From: an uncultured Chromatiales bacterium
Lineage (GTDB): Bacteria; Pseudomonadota; Gammaproteobacteria; 21-64-14
Assembly (NCBI GenBank): GCA_964487445.1
Contig: CAZAQG010000005.1
Span: 1 to 44,612 of the forward strand
Direction of reading: 5' to 3'
DNA length: 44,612 nucleotides
Each line of letters starts with the position of its first letter. The first letter of the stretch is position 1. The notes beneath the pieces were generated by a model. The model was not told where the DNA came from. It ran no database searches and saw only the letters and a list, made by a program, of their open reading frames with translations. The position numbers and the translations under genes are program-made. Below, piece after piece: positions 19,350 through 27,653 of the stretch.

Positions 19350-19853
19350 ATGTATCGCATGATCCTGCTCGCCTACGACGGATCTCGCGAGGGTCGGCTG
19401 GCGCTGCGCGAGGGCGCCGAGGTGGCCGCGGCGTGCCGTGCCAAGACCTGCCTGCTGGCGGTGCTCAACCTGGCACCGGAGATCGCACTCGGCGAAGGCT
19501 TCGACGCCGGACACGTGGTCGACCGCGACATCGCCCGCTACCGGGAGGTTCTCGACCAAGGCGTCGAACGGCTGCGCAGCCACGGACTCGCCGTCGAGGG
19601 CCGCATGGTGCAGGGACAACCGTCCGAGCGCATCGCCGACGTCGCGCGCGAGGTCGGCGCCGATCTCATCGTGGTCGGACATCGCAATCTCAGCCGCTTG
19701 GCGCGGTGGTGGCAGGGCGCCTCGGTCAGTGCCTCGCTGCTGGAACAGGCGCCGTGCAGCGTTCTCGTGGCCATCGACGCCGGCGAGCCGCAGACCGACG
19801 GAGATGCAGGCCGGAACCCCGGCCGGGAATCTGTCGGATTCAGGGGTTCGTAG
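19350..19853 (+). CDS. Universal stress protein
   Basis: MYRMILLAYDGS, ADLIVVGH, SVSASLLEQAPCSVLV; GGAG RBS 9 nt before ATG 19350. Confidence 0.88.
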   Translation: MYRMILLAYDGSREGRLALREGAEVAAACRAKTCLLAVLNLAPEIALGEGFDAGHVVDRDIARYREVLDQGVERLRSHGLAVEGRMVQGQPSERIADVAREVGADLIVVGHRNLSRLARWWQGASVSASLLEQAPCSVLVAIDAGEPQTDGDAGRNPGRESVGFRGS

Positions 19854-19912
19854 CGAGGGGGGGGTGCCGATCCGGCGCAGCCGTGTTTTGTGTCGTCCGG
19901 CGGCGCAGGGAT

Positions 19913-20320
19913 TCAGTCCCCGCCCCAGTGCCGCCGGCGGCGCTCGTGCCGCTCATGTCGGCGCCACGCGCGTTCGCGCCATTCATGTCGGCGCCATGCG
20001 CGCCGTCGCCACACATGCCGCCGCCACGCATGCTCGCGCCACCCGTAGGCGCGCCAGCGCGGGTATCCGTAGTATCCGTAGAAATAAGGACGGTAGCGAT
20101 ACGAGAAATAGGGACGGTAGCGGTAGGTATAATAGCCGCCAGGCACCACGGTGACCGTCGCGAGCGGGGCATAGTAGCGATACACCGGCTGCGGAGCCAG
20201 CACGCTACCGACCACCACACCCAGCGCGAAGATCCCCGCGTCATCACCGTCGGCGAGCACCCGGCTGGAGGCGGAGGCCAGCACCAGACCGGCGACTGCG
20301 GCAATCATCAGCTTTTTCAT
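19913..20320 (-). CDS. Secreted low-complexity Tyr/Trp/Arg/His-rich protein
   Basis: AAGGAGG RBS; signal peptide MKKLMIAAVAGLVLASASSRVLA; (YRYRPYF)x2; six WRx[H/R]x pentapeptides. Confidence 0.75.
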   Translation of the reverse strand: MKKLMIAAVAGLVLASASSRVLADGDDAGIFALGVVVGSVLAPQPVYRYYAPLATVTVVPGGYYTYRYRPYFSYRYRPYFYGYYGYPRWRAYGWREHAWRRHVWRRRAWRRHEWRERAWRRHERHERRRRHWGGD

Positions 20321-20404
20321 CGAGGCCTCCTTGGGCATCGGTTGAAACCCGTCATCGCCACCGCTCCTGCGGAACCCCCCGCGGGCCGGCGTTCCATGAG
20401 CGAT

Positions 20405-20438
20405 ATCCTACGCCCGCGCAACTTAACGGCGCCTGAAC
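20405..20438 (-). promoter_or_regulatory. Candidate OmpR-family (PmrA/QseB/BqsR-type) activated promoter
   Basis: Minus strand GTTCAG-N5-GTTAAG direct repeat (11-bp period), 11 nt upstream of a TAGGAT -10 element. Confidence 0.45.
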
Positions 20439-20544
20439 GGGCAACCGCTCCACCTCCCCTGGGGCGACGGATCCGCAACAGCACCCGGAGAACCCTGCGC
20501 GTCATCGCCCGCAGCCCGACGGAAACCTGTGCGAAGCGCTTCCC

Positions 20545-20594
20545 TTGACAGCCGGGGTGATGGGCGTATGGTCTAAGTCAGCTTTATGACTGAG
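20545..20594 (+). promoter_or_regulatory. Sigma70 promoter with TetR operator
   Basis: TTGACA (20545), N16, TATGGT, then the inverted repeat CTAAGTCA-GCTTTA-TGACTGAG (20573-20594). Confidence 0.6.
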
Positions 20595-20602
20595 TTGTAC
20601 CG

Positions 20603-21163
20603 ATGCCCCGTGTCAGTGACAAACGTGAGCGCCTGCTGGCCGCCGCCCGGACCCTGATCCACCGCCGGGGCTTCCGGCCGACTACGCTGGCCGACATCGC
20701 CAAGGCCTCGGGCATCCCCCCCGGGAACGTCTATTACTATTTTAAGACGAAAGACGACCTGGGCGCCGCGGTAATCGAGGGTCGCGCCGCCGAGTTCCAC
20801 GACCTGTTCGACGAATGGGACCGCACCCTGCCCGATCCGCACCGCCGGCTCGCGGCGTTCATCGATTTCGTCGAGGCCCATCGTGAAGAACTCGCGCGAC
20901 ATGGGTGTCCGGTCGGCAGCCTCTGCCAGGAACTCGACAAGGAAACCGCCCCGCTGGCGAAGAAGGCCGACGGGATCCTCCAGCAGCAGGTCGATTGGGC
21001 GGTCGGACAGTTTCGCGCCCTGGACCGCGGCGATGCCGAGGGGCTGGGCGCCTACTTCGTGGCCATGCTGCAGGGCATCACGCTGGTGGCCCATGCGCGC
21101 CGCGATCCCGAGATGCTGAAACGCCAGGCTGCGCGGCTGCGGGCCTGGCTGGAGCAGGCCTGA
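20603..21163 (+). CDS. TetR/AcrR regulator (NemR/LmrA-like, Cys-containing)
   Basis: GFRPTTLADIAKASGIPPGNVYYYFKTKDDL HTH; HGCPVGSLCQEL. Confidence 0.9.
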   Translation: MPRVSDKRERLLAAARTLIHRRGFRPTTLADIAKASGIPPGNVYYYFKTKDDLGAAVIEGRAAEFHDLFDEWDRTLPDPHRRLAAFIDFVEAHREELARHGCPVGSLCQELDKETAPLAKKADGILQQQVDWAVGQFRALDRGDAEGLGAYFVAMLQGITLVAHARRDPEMLKRQAARLRAWLEQA

Positions 21164-21202
21164 ACGGAGAAACAGTCCGCCTGAAACCGACGGGAGAAAC
21201 CC

Positions 21203-21580
21203 ATGCAACCGACCATGATCGATCTCGGCGGACGCCCGTTGCGGGTAGAGATCAGCCACGCGGCGCAACGCGCGCTCGACGCGCGCCGCACGCCGCTGCT
21301 CGTCGAGATGGAACTCTATTTCAGTTGCCTGATCCGCAAGGCGGTTCGCTTCCGCGATCAGGGCGACGAGTCCGATGCGACACCGGTGACCGCGATCTTC
21401 GCGGTGCGCTTCCGACCGGTGATGACGGCCGGTTGCCGTATTGGGGACCGCGAGCACACACCGCAGCTCACCGATTTCCCGATCCGACGCCCCGGGCCCT
21501 TCACTCCTCACTGGTTACGGATCGACTACCGTCGCGGACAGTGGCGCGGTGAGTTCGGTTACCGCGAGGGCGCGCGGTGA
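21203..21580 (+). CDS. Hypothetical protein co-transcribed with TetR
   Basis: GGGAGA RBS; 125 aa; globular composition (LLVEMELYFSCLIRKAVRF, VRFRPVMT, PHWLRIDYRRGQWRGEFGY). Confidence 0.78.
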   Translation: MQPTMIDLGGRPLRVEISHAAQRALDARRTPLLVEMELYFSCLIRKAVRFRDQGDESDATPVTAIFAVRFRPVMTAGCRIGDREHTPQLTDFPIRRPGPFTPHWLRIDYRRGQWRGEFGYREGAR

Positions 21581-21610
21581 GCAACACCGCGGACAACGGC
21601 GACCGGTCTC

Positions 21611-22213
21611 CTAACGCAGGTTGTCGAGAATCTTGCGCAGATCCTTGGGGCTTGGAGCGCCCGGCACCAGGGTCGGCCCGCGTTCGCGATCAACGATGAC
21701 CATGGCCGGTACGCCGTCGGCACCGGTGGCCTCCAACAGGCGGTAGTTCTCCTCCAGTTCGCCGATGATTCGGGCGGAGGGCAGGATCTCGTCGATGCCG
21801 CCGAGGTCGTTGTTACGCCCGAAGTGGCGCTCGTTGTACTTCAGCGCCTTGAACGAGTCCTTGGCGGCGAGGATCGCGGCGGCCTTGCCCTGGCTGGTAC
21901 TGGTCAGGTACCCGACCACGATCCAGCGCACCTGCAGATCCCGCGTGCCGATATACGGTTGGAGTTCATCGAAGAGCTTGCGACAATACGGGCAGTTCGG
22001 ATCCGTAAAGACATAGATGATGCGCTTGCCGTCGCCTTCGCCGATCCAGCGGGCGGCCGCGAAGCGGGCCATCACCTTCTCGATCTTGGCCTGCGCGGCG
22101 GCGGTCGCGACCCCGCGCGGCGCTCCGGCGGCGGAAACTACACCGACCGCGCACAACACCGCCGCCAGGGCCAACGATCCGCCCCACCATCGCATCGATT
22201 TCAGCACATTCAC
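21611..22213 (-). CDS. Exported thioredoxin-fold DsbG/DsbC-like protein (catalytic domain only)
   Basis: Signal peptide; IYVFTDPNCPYCRKLF; GVPAM cis-Pro loop. Confidence 0.85.
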   Translation of the reverse strand: MNVLKSMRWWGGSLALAAVLCAVGVVSAAGAPRGVATAAAQAKIEKVMARFAAARWIGEGDGKRIIYVFTDPNCPYCRKLFDELQPYIGTRDLQVRWIVVGYLTSTSQGKAAAILAAKDSFKALKYNERHFGRNNDLGGIDEILPSARIIGELEENYRLLEATGADGVPAMVIVDRERGPTLVPGAPSPKDLRKILDNLR

Positions 22214-22395
22214 CTCCAGTCGATCTCATGCATGCCCCGGGGAAAGGCCTTGCCCCGACCGCCCGCCGCATCGGGCGCCCCGGCGTATCGATCCCGGGAC
22301 GCACAGCGATCCTTACATTTCAAAAGGAGACGCATGGCGCGCGTCTGACATTCCCTCCGGGCACCCGACGCCTCCGCCGGGGGCCCCGAAGGGCC

Positions 22396-23022
22396 TCAGA
22401 ACGGCCACCACCAGGGACCGCTTTCGAGTTCGCTCCGGCAACGTGCGATCTGCGCGCGATAGCGTCGGGCGTTGGCCGCGACCTTGCGCGCCACGCGCAT
22501 CAGCCAGGGCTTTTCCCGATAGGTACGGCGCCGGTAGCCGCCGGGGCCTTCATGGTAGGCCAGGTATTGATGATAGGTGTCCCACTTGGAGATCCCGAGG
22601 GTGCGGTGCACCATCGAGACGTACCAACCGATGAAATCGGTCACATCCCCGAAGTCGTCGCGGTCGGCGCCGTAATGACCGGTCGCCCGCTGGTACCACC
22701 GCCAAGTCCCGTCCTGAATCTGGGCGTAGCCGTAGGCCGACGACACGCGGCCCCAGGGGATCACCCACAGCAGTCGCCCACGCGGCGGCTTGGCATCATC
22801 CCGAAACCGCGACTCCTGATAGATGATGGCGAGTTGCACCTGGATGGGGACACCCCAGCGCTTATAAGCACGCTGAGCATCGCGGTACCACCCGGATTTC
22901 TCCTTGAGCATCGCACAGGCATTGCGCGGATTAGCGGGCGGCGTGGCACATCCGGAGACCCCGACCGCCAACACGGCGACCAACGCGAATGCACCGAGTC
23001 TGAGCCGTCTCGTCTGCGCCAT
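22396..23022 (-). CDS. Transglycosylase SLT-domain lipoprotein
   Basis: Lipobox VSGC; AIIYQESRF (catalytic Glu); SSAYGYAQ; YLAYHEG. Confidence 0.85.
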   Translation of the reverse strand: MAQTRRLRLGAFALVAVLAVGVSGCATPPANPRNACAMLKEKSGWYRDAQRAYKRWGVPIQVQLAIIYQESRFRDDAKPPRGRLLWVIPWGRVSSAYGYAQIQDGTWRWYQRATGHYGADRDDFGDVTDFIGWYVSMVHRTLGISKWDTYHQYLAYHEGPGGYRRRTYREKPWLMRVARKVAANARRYRAQIARCRSELESGPWWWPF

Positions 23023-23456
23023 GCCCCCGACCGATACCGACCGCCTCCGCCCGAAACGCGGTCGAAAACCGCTTATGGAAGGATATCGGCCCGAAGGCCG
23101 CCACCCACCAGGATCCCGAAGCTTACCCGGTTTCGACGAGTGGGGGAAAGCAAAGATCGCCGCATCGCCCCGGCTCTGCCCGAGCGCGCAACGCCGGGCA
23201 GGGGGGGGCCTGCAGGTGGGTTTCACCCCCCGTTCCCACACCTTGCAACGGATCGGGGCCACCGATCGGTGCGGTCCCGACGCCGATTGGCGGCCCATCG
23301 AGCGAGCGCTGCGGGCGCAGACATCCTCCGCTATTACGCTACACGGCTCGCGATAGTATACTATTAGAATGATATTCGCGACGGTCGGCGCGAAAAGTTC
23401 GCCGCCCGTCCCGAACCCCTCCCACCGCCCGCCGCCGGGTTTCAGGAGCACAGGTT

Positions 23457-23663
23457 ATGGATTTCGGCTTCAAGGAACTGCTGGTCATTCTGGTTATCGC
23501 GCTGGTGCTGTTCGGCGGCAAGCGCGTCAAGTCGCTGGGCTCGGATCTCGGTACCGCGATCCGCGGCTTCCGCAAGGCGATGAAGGAAAGCGAAGGAGAG
23601 TCCGGCGCGCAAGCGCAGGTGATCGAGCACGCCGCGGAGGCGCAGAAGAATCACCCGACCTGA
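23457..23663 (+). CDS. tatA: Twin-arginine translocase subunit TatA/E
   Basis: ELLVILVIALVLFGGKRVKSLGSDLGTAIRGFRKAM; AGGAG RBS. Confidence 0.95.
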   Translation: MDFGFKELLVILVIALVLFGGKRVKSLGSDLGTAIRGFRKAMKESEGESGAQAQVIEHAAEAQKNHPT

Positions 23664-24009
23664 GCCCCCTCCGCACGTCCGGCGAGCGATCACTCCGTTT
23701 TCCAGCGTCCCAGGCGCGGTGTCCGCCGCACCCCGTGCCCGGTCGCGAACTGCGCCATGACCTTGGGCGCAACCCGCCGCACCTGCTGCGGTATCGGTTC
23801 GGGCCGGCGGAACCGTCCATATTGACGTAGCAGCAACTCTAATACCGCCCCATTCGCCGCGGTGCCGCCGCCGGCCTTGTCCCGGGCCGGCGCCATACCG
23901 CAACTCCGGCATCGCCCGGCCTTCACCACCACGCCCATCCGCAACCCGTTTCGTCCCGACACACGACCCCGCGCACCCCATACCGGCTCCGGCGCCGCCG
24001 GCAACCGAA

Positions 24010-24054
24010 TCGTCATCATCCGATCACCTTCAGGTCATCACGCCGCCCTACCCT
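24010..24054 (+). promoter_or_regulatory. Candidate Pho-box promoter of the phosphoesterase gene
   Basis: GTCAT (24012), ATCAC (24023) and GTCAT (24034) recur at an exact 11-bp period, ending 10 nt before a TACCCT -10 (24049). Confidence 0.5.
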
Positions 24055-24188
24055 GGCTCGCGTCCCGACCTGCGGTGACCGGTGCGACCCGGCGAATCCG
24101 CGAGGCGGGAGTCCCACCCACTGCCGCGCGGGCCGCAACGGATAAGTAAACGCCGAGCGGCGCGGCAAACGCACTGGAGAACCGATTC

Positions 24189-25742
24189 ATGCAAATGCGA
24201 AACCTGCATCACATCAAAACCGGGGCGCTCGCTCTGGGCGGACTCATGCTCGGTGCATTCGGCGCATTCGGTCCGACGGCGCATGCGCGTCCGGCGGCCA
24301 CACCCATCCGACACCTGGTCGTCATTTTCCAGGAGAACGTCTCCTTCGATCACTACTTCGCCACCTACCCGCATGCCGCCAACCCGCCGGGCGAGCCCCG
24401 CTTCACCGCGGCGCACGGCACGCCGTCGGTCAACGGCCTCACCCGTTACCTGCTCACACACAACCCGAACAGCGCCAATCCCTTCCGCCTCGATCGCTCG
24501 CAGGCGATGACCTGCGACATGGACCATGCCTACGCCGCCGAGCAGCACGCCGCCGACGCGGGCCTCATGGATCGCTTCGTCGAGTCGACCGGCGCGACCT
24601 ATGACGGCTGCAACCCGGCGCAGGTGATGGGCTACTACGACGGCAATACCGTCACGGCGCTGTGGAACTACGCGCAACGCTTCGCCATGAGCGACAATTC
24701 GTTCGGCACCACCTTCGGGCCCTCGACGGTCGGCGCCCTCAACTTGGTCGCGGGGCAGACCCACGGGGCCACCCCCGCCAACCTGCCGAACAAGGTCGCC
24801 AACGGGACCGTGATCGGCGACCTGAATCCGACCTACGACGACTGCTCGCCGACCGACAAACCGACCTTGGCCATGCGCGGGACCAATATCGGCAACCTGC
24901 TCAACGCCGCGCACGTCACCTGGGGATGGTTCCAGGGAGGCTTCCGGCCGACGGCGCGCACCGACGGGAAGGCCGTGTGCGGAGCCACGAGCACCAACAT
25001 CGCCGGCCGGACGGTGTCCGACTACAGCCCGCACCACGAGCCGTTTCAGTATTACGCGTCGACGGCCAACCCGCATCACCTGCCGCCCACCGCGGTAGCC
25101 ATGATCGGGCGCACCGACCGGGCCAAACACCAGTACGACCTGCGCGATTTCTGGGCCGCGGCACATGCCGGCAATCTACCGGCGGTGAGTTTCCTCAAGG
25201 CCAAGAAGTACCAGGACGGCCATGCCGGCTACTCGGACCCGCTCGACGAGCAGACCTTCCTCGTGCGGACGCTGAACCGGCTCCAGCGCCTGCCGCAGTG
25301 GAAGCACACCGCCGTAATCATCTCCTACGACGACTCCGACGGCTGGTACGACCACGTGCTCGCCCCGATCGTCAACCAGTCCAACGACCCGAACTACGAC
25401 GCCCTGACCGGTCCCGGCACCTGCGGGAGCGCGGCCACCGGCGCCTATCCCGACCGTTGCGGCTACGGTCCGCGCCTGCCGCTGCTGGTGATCTCGCCGT
25501 GGGCCCGGGAGAACTTCGTCGACCACGGCATCACCGACCAATCCTCCATCCTGCGCTTCATCGAGGACAACTGGCACCTGGGTCGCATCGGCGACCAATC
25601 CTTCGACGCCAAGGCCGGTTCGCTCCGGAACCTGTTCGACTTCCGCGGCGGTGCGCACATGCGCCGGTTGTTCCTGAGCCCGCGCACGGGCGAGCGGGTA
25701 GACCACAAGCGCGGGGGTGACGACGCATCTATGGGCGAGTGA
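24189..25742 (+). CDS. Secreted phospholipase C/acid phosphatase (phosphoesterase family)
   Basis: Sec-type signal peptide (..AHA); TPIRHLVVIFQENVSFDHYF, FGPST, LPAVSF, YDDSDGWYDHV, GPRLPLLVISPWA, SILRFIEDNW. Confidence 0.92.
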   Translation: MQMRNLHHIKTGALALGGLMLGAFGAFGPTAHARPAATPIRHLVVIFQENVSFDHYFATYPHAANPPGEPRFTAAHGTPSVNGLTRYLLTHNPNSANPFRLDRSQAMTCDMDHAYAAEQHAADAGLMDRFVESTGATYDGCNPAQVMGYYDGNTVTALWNYAQRFAMSDNSFGTTFGPSTVGALNLVAGQTHGATPANLPNKVANGTVIGDLNPTYDDCSPTDKPTLAMRGTNIGNLLNAAHVTWGWFQGGFRPTARTDGKAVCGATSTNIAGRTVSDYSPHHEPFQYYASTANPHHLPPTAVAMIGRTDRAKHQYDLRDFWAAAHAGNLPAVSFLKAKKYQDGHAGYSDPLDEQTFLVRTLNRLQRLPQWKHTAVIISYDDSDGWYDHVLAPIVNQSNDPNYDALTGPGTCGSAATGAYPDRCGYGPRLPLLVISPWARENFVDHGITDQSSILRFIEDNWHLGRIGDQSFDAKAGSLRNLFDFRGGAHMRRLFLSPRTGERVDHKRGGDDASMGE

Positions 25743-25753
25743 TCCCACCCGCC

Positions 25754-25783
25754 GGGCGGCCCTGCGAGGGGCCGCCCTTTTTT
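25754..25783 (+). terminator. Rho-independent terminator
   Basis: GGGCGGCCC-TGCGAG-GGGCCGCCC followed by TTTTTT, just after the phosphoesterase stop codon. Confidence 0.9.
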
Positions 25784-25819
25784 CATTTCCGCAGCCTATC
25801 GTCCCTCTGACCAATCAGA

Positions 25820-25888
25820 CATAATTTAAATTGTGGGCCGCTGAGAATGAAGCGATGCTTGCATCGGCGCGGGGGTCGGGGGTAATCT
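25820..25888 (+). promoter_or_regulatory. Promoter of the riboswitch-led operon with an upstream palindromic operator
   Basis: TTGCAT (25859), N18, TAATCT (25883) would place the start site just 5' of the riboswitch. Palindrome CATAATTT/AAATTGTG at 25820-25835. Confidence 0.45.
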
Positions 25889-25898
25889 TTACACCGAC

Positions 25899-25956
25899 GG
25901 CGAAGGAGTTCGCCGCGGCGCGCGCCGGAATCGCCCTCTCGGCTGATAACTCCTGC
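25899..25956 (+). ncRNA. Fluoride riboswitch (crcB motif)
   Basis: GGCGAAGGAGUUCGCC...GAAUCGCC-CUCUC-GGCUGAUAACUCCUGC. P1 is GGCG/CGCC; the pseudoknot GGAGUU/AACUCC is a perfect 6 bp; the AAUCGC and GCUGAU..CUCCU conserved blocks are present; fluC lies downstream. Confidence 0.9.
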
Positions 25957-26010
25957 TACGGGTGGCAGCTGTTGGAGCCGCGGGAATGGTGCCCCGTGTG
26001 AGGAGGGTGT

Positions 26011-26973
26011 GTGCCGGATCTCGTTCATCATCTGCTTGCCAATCTTCTCCAAGTCGCCTTTCTGGTCCTCTTCTCGCCGCTGGTAAGCGGCGTACTCGCT
26101 CGCATCGAGGAGATGTTGCAGGGCAAACACGGTCCGAGCATCTTTCAGGGCTACCGCGACATCGCCAAGCTCTTCACCAAGGAAGAGTTGATTTCCGAAG
26201 ACTCCTCCTGGGTGTTTCGCTTCGCACCGCCGATACAGTTCGTGATGCCGATCTTCGTCGTCCTGCTGGTGCCGGCGCTCACCGCCTATCCGTTGTTCTT
26301 CGCCTTCATGGGCGACATGGTCGCGGCCGGCTTCTTCCTTGCGCTCGGTGGATTCTTCGTCGCGCTGGCGGCCATGGACACCGGAAACGTATACGGCCCG
26401 GTCGGGGCAAGCCGAACGCGCATGGTCGGCTTTCTCTCCGAACCGGTGTTCATCATGGTATTCTTCAGCGTCTCCTATATCGCCAATTCGACCATCCCCT
26501 ATGCGGTGAACGCCGCGTTCTCGGCGTCCTGGGCGACGAGTCTCGAGCCCGCGCACCTGCTGGTACTGGTCGCCTTCTTCATGCTCATCCTCGCCGAGAA
26601 CGACCGCATTCCGGTCGACAGCGCCGCCGGGAAAATCGAGATCGCCATGATCGGACATTCCAAGAACCTCGAGTATTCGGGGCCGGGCGCCGCCCTGATG
26701 AAATGGGGCGGGTCGATGAAACTGATGCTGCTCGCGATCATCTTTCTCAACGTGCTGCTCACCCCCTGGGGGCTCGCGACCACCATGGCCTGGAGCGACA
26801 TCTTCCTCGCCATACCCCTGGTACTCGCAAAGATACTGGTGTTTCTATTGGTGCTGGCGACCGTCGAGATGAGTCTCGCGAAGTTGCGCCTGTTCCGCAT
26901 CAGCGAGTTCCTGGCCACCGCCTTCGTGATCTGCGTGTTCGCGATGAGCGTCAGACTGGTGGGAATCGCATGA
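26011..26973 (+). CDS. HyfC/HycD (NuoH-like) membrane subunit of an Ehr-type complex
   Basis: MLQGKHGPSIFQGYRDIAKLF.KE, AENDRIPVD, LEYSG; AGGAGG RBS before GTG. Confidence 0.9.
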   Translation: MPDLVHHLLANLLQVAFLVLFSPLVSGVLARIEEMLQGKHGPSIFQGYRDIAKLFTKEELISEDSSWVFRFAPPIQFVMPIFVVLLVPALTAYPLFFAFMGDMVAAGFFLALGGFFVALAAMDTGNVYGPVGASRTRMVGFLSEPVFIMVFFSVSYIANSTIPYAVNAAFSASWATSLEPAHLLVLVAFFMLILAENDRIPVDSAAGKIEIAMIGHSKNLEYSGPGAALMKWGGSMKLMLLAIIFLNVLLTPWGLATTMAWSDIFLAIPLVLAKILVFLLVLATVEMSLAKLRLFRISEFLATAFVICVFAMSVRLVGIA

Positions 26974-27653
26974 GCGCGCAGGCACTGGAACTCGCCCGCG
27001 CGTTCGACGGCTTTTTCGCCGCGCTGTTCGTACTCGCCGGCCTGGGCGTAATCGTGGCACGGCAGATGCGCGGCACCCTGTATCTGTTCATGTCGCATGC
27101 ACTGATGCTCAGCGCCTCGGCCGTCGTGCTCGCCGTGGCTCTGCACAGCACCCATCTCGCCTGGGTGGCGCTGATCACCTTCAGTACCAAAGTGGTGGCC
27201 GTGCCGTTGGTGTTGGTCTGGGCGACGGGCGCCAAGGTCTATGGGCGGCGCGAAGTCGACCACGTGCTTTCCGTCCCCCTGTCGCTGTTGATCGCCGCCG
27301 GGCTGGCGTTCGCCGCCTGGATCGTGAGTCAGCCGCTGGTCCATGCCATCCCCGGACGGCCCTTCGCGGCGATCAATTTGCCTACCGGCCTCATAGCGAT
27401 CTTCTTCGGGGCCTTCACGGTAGCGGTACGCCGCGAGGGCGTGGCTCAGCTCATGGGCCTGCTGATCATGGAAAGCGGCGCCTTTTTCGCGTCGATCTCG
27501 ATCGTTCATGACCTGACCATCATCGCCGAGATCGCCGCGGCGGTGGACGTCCCCATCGCGGCGTTGGTCATCGGGCTGCTCCTGCGTTCCATAGGGGCGG
27601 TGACCGGCAGCACCCGCGTCGGACACATGGCCACCTTGCGCGAGCGCCGTTGA
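26970..27653 (+). CDS. HyfE-like (NuoK-related) membrane subunit
   Basis: Multi-TM protein with TKVVAVP, RRE..AQLMGLLIMESG and IIAEIAAAVD; ATGA overlap with the upstream stop. Confidence 0.85.
   Translation: MSAQALELARAFDGFFAALFVLAGLGVIVARQMRGTLYLFMSHALMLSASAVVLAVALHSTHLAWVALITFSTKVVAVPLVLVWATGAKVYGRREVDHVLSVPLSLLIAAGLAFAAWIVSQPLVHAIPGRPFAAINLPTGLIAIFFGAFTVAVRREGVAQLMGLLIMESGAFFASISIVHDLTIIAEIAAAVDVPIAALVIGLLLRSIGAVTGSTRVGHMATLRERR

Noticed and set aside
19930-20130. Tandem 15- and 21-nt repeats as a CRISPR array or VNTR element
   Set aside because: They are in-frame coding repeats of the secreted protein, with no spacer structure and no cas genes.
23100-23380. Several GC hairpins and the palindrome ATAGTATACTAT in the SLT-tatA intergenic region as an ncRNA or Fur site
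   Set aside because: No match to RNA families I recognise; hairpins are expected at this GC content; the Fur-like match is weak.
23457-25742. tatA as a dedicated exporter for the adjacent phospholipase C
   Set aside because: The phosphoesterase signal peptide has no twin-arginine motif, and a ~525-nt gap with its own candidate promoter separates the genes.
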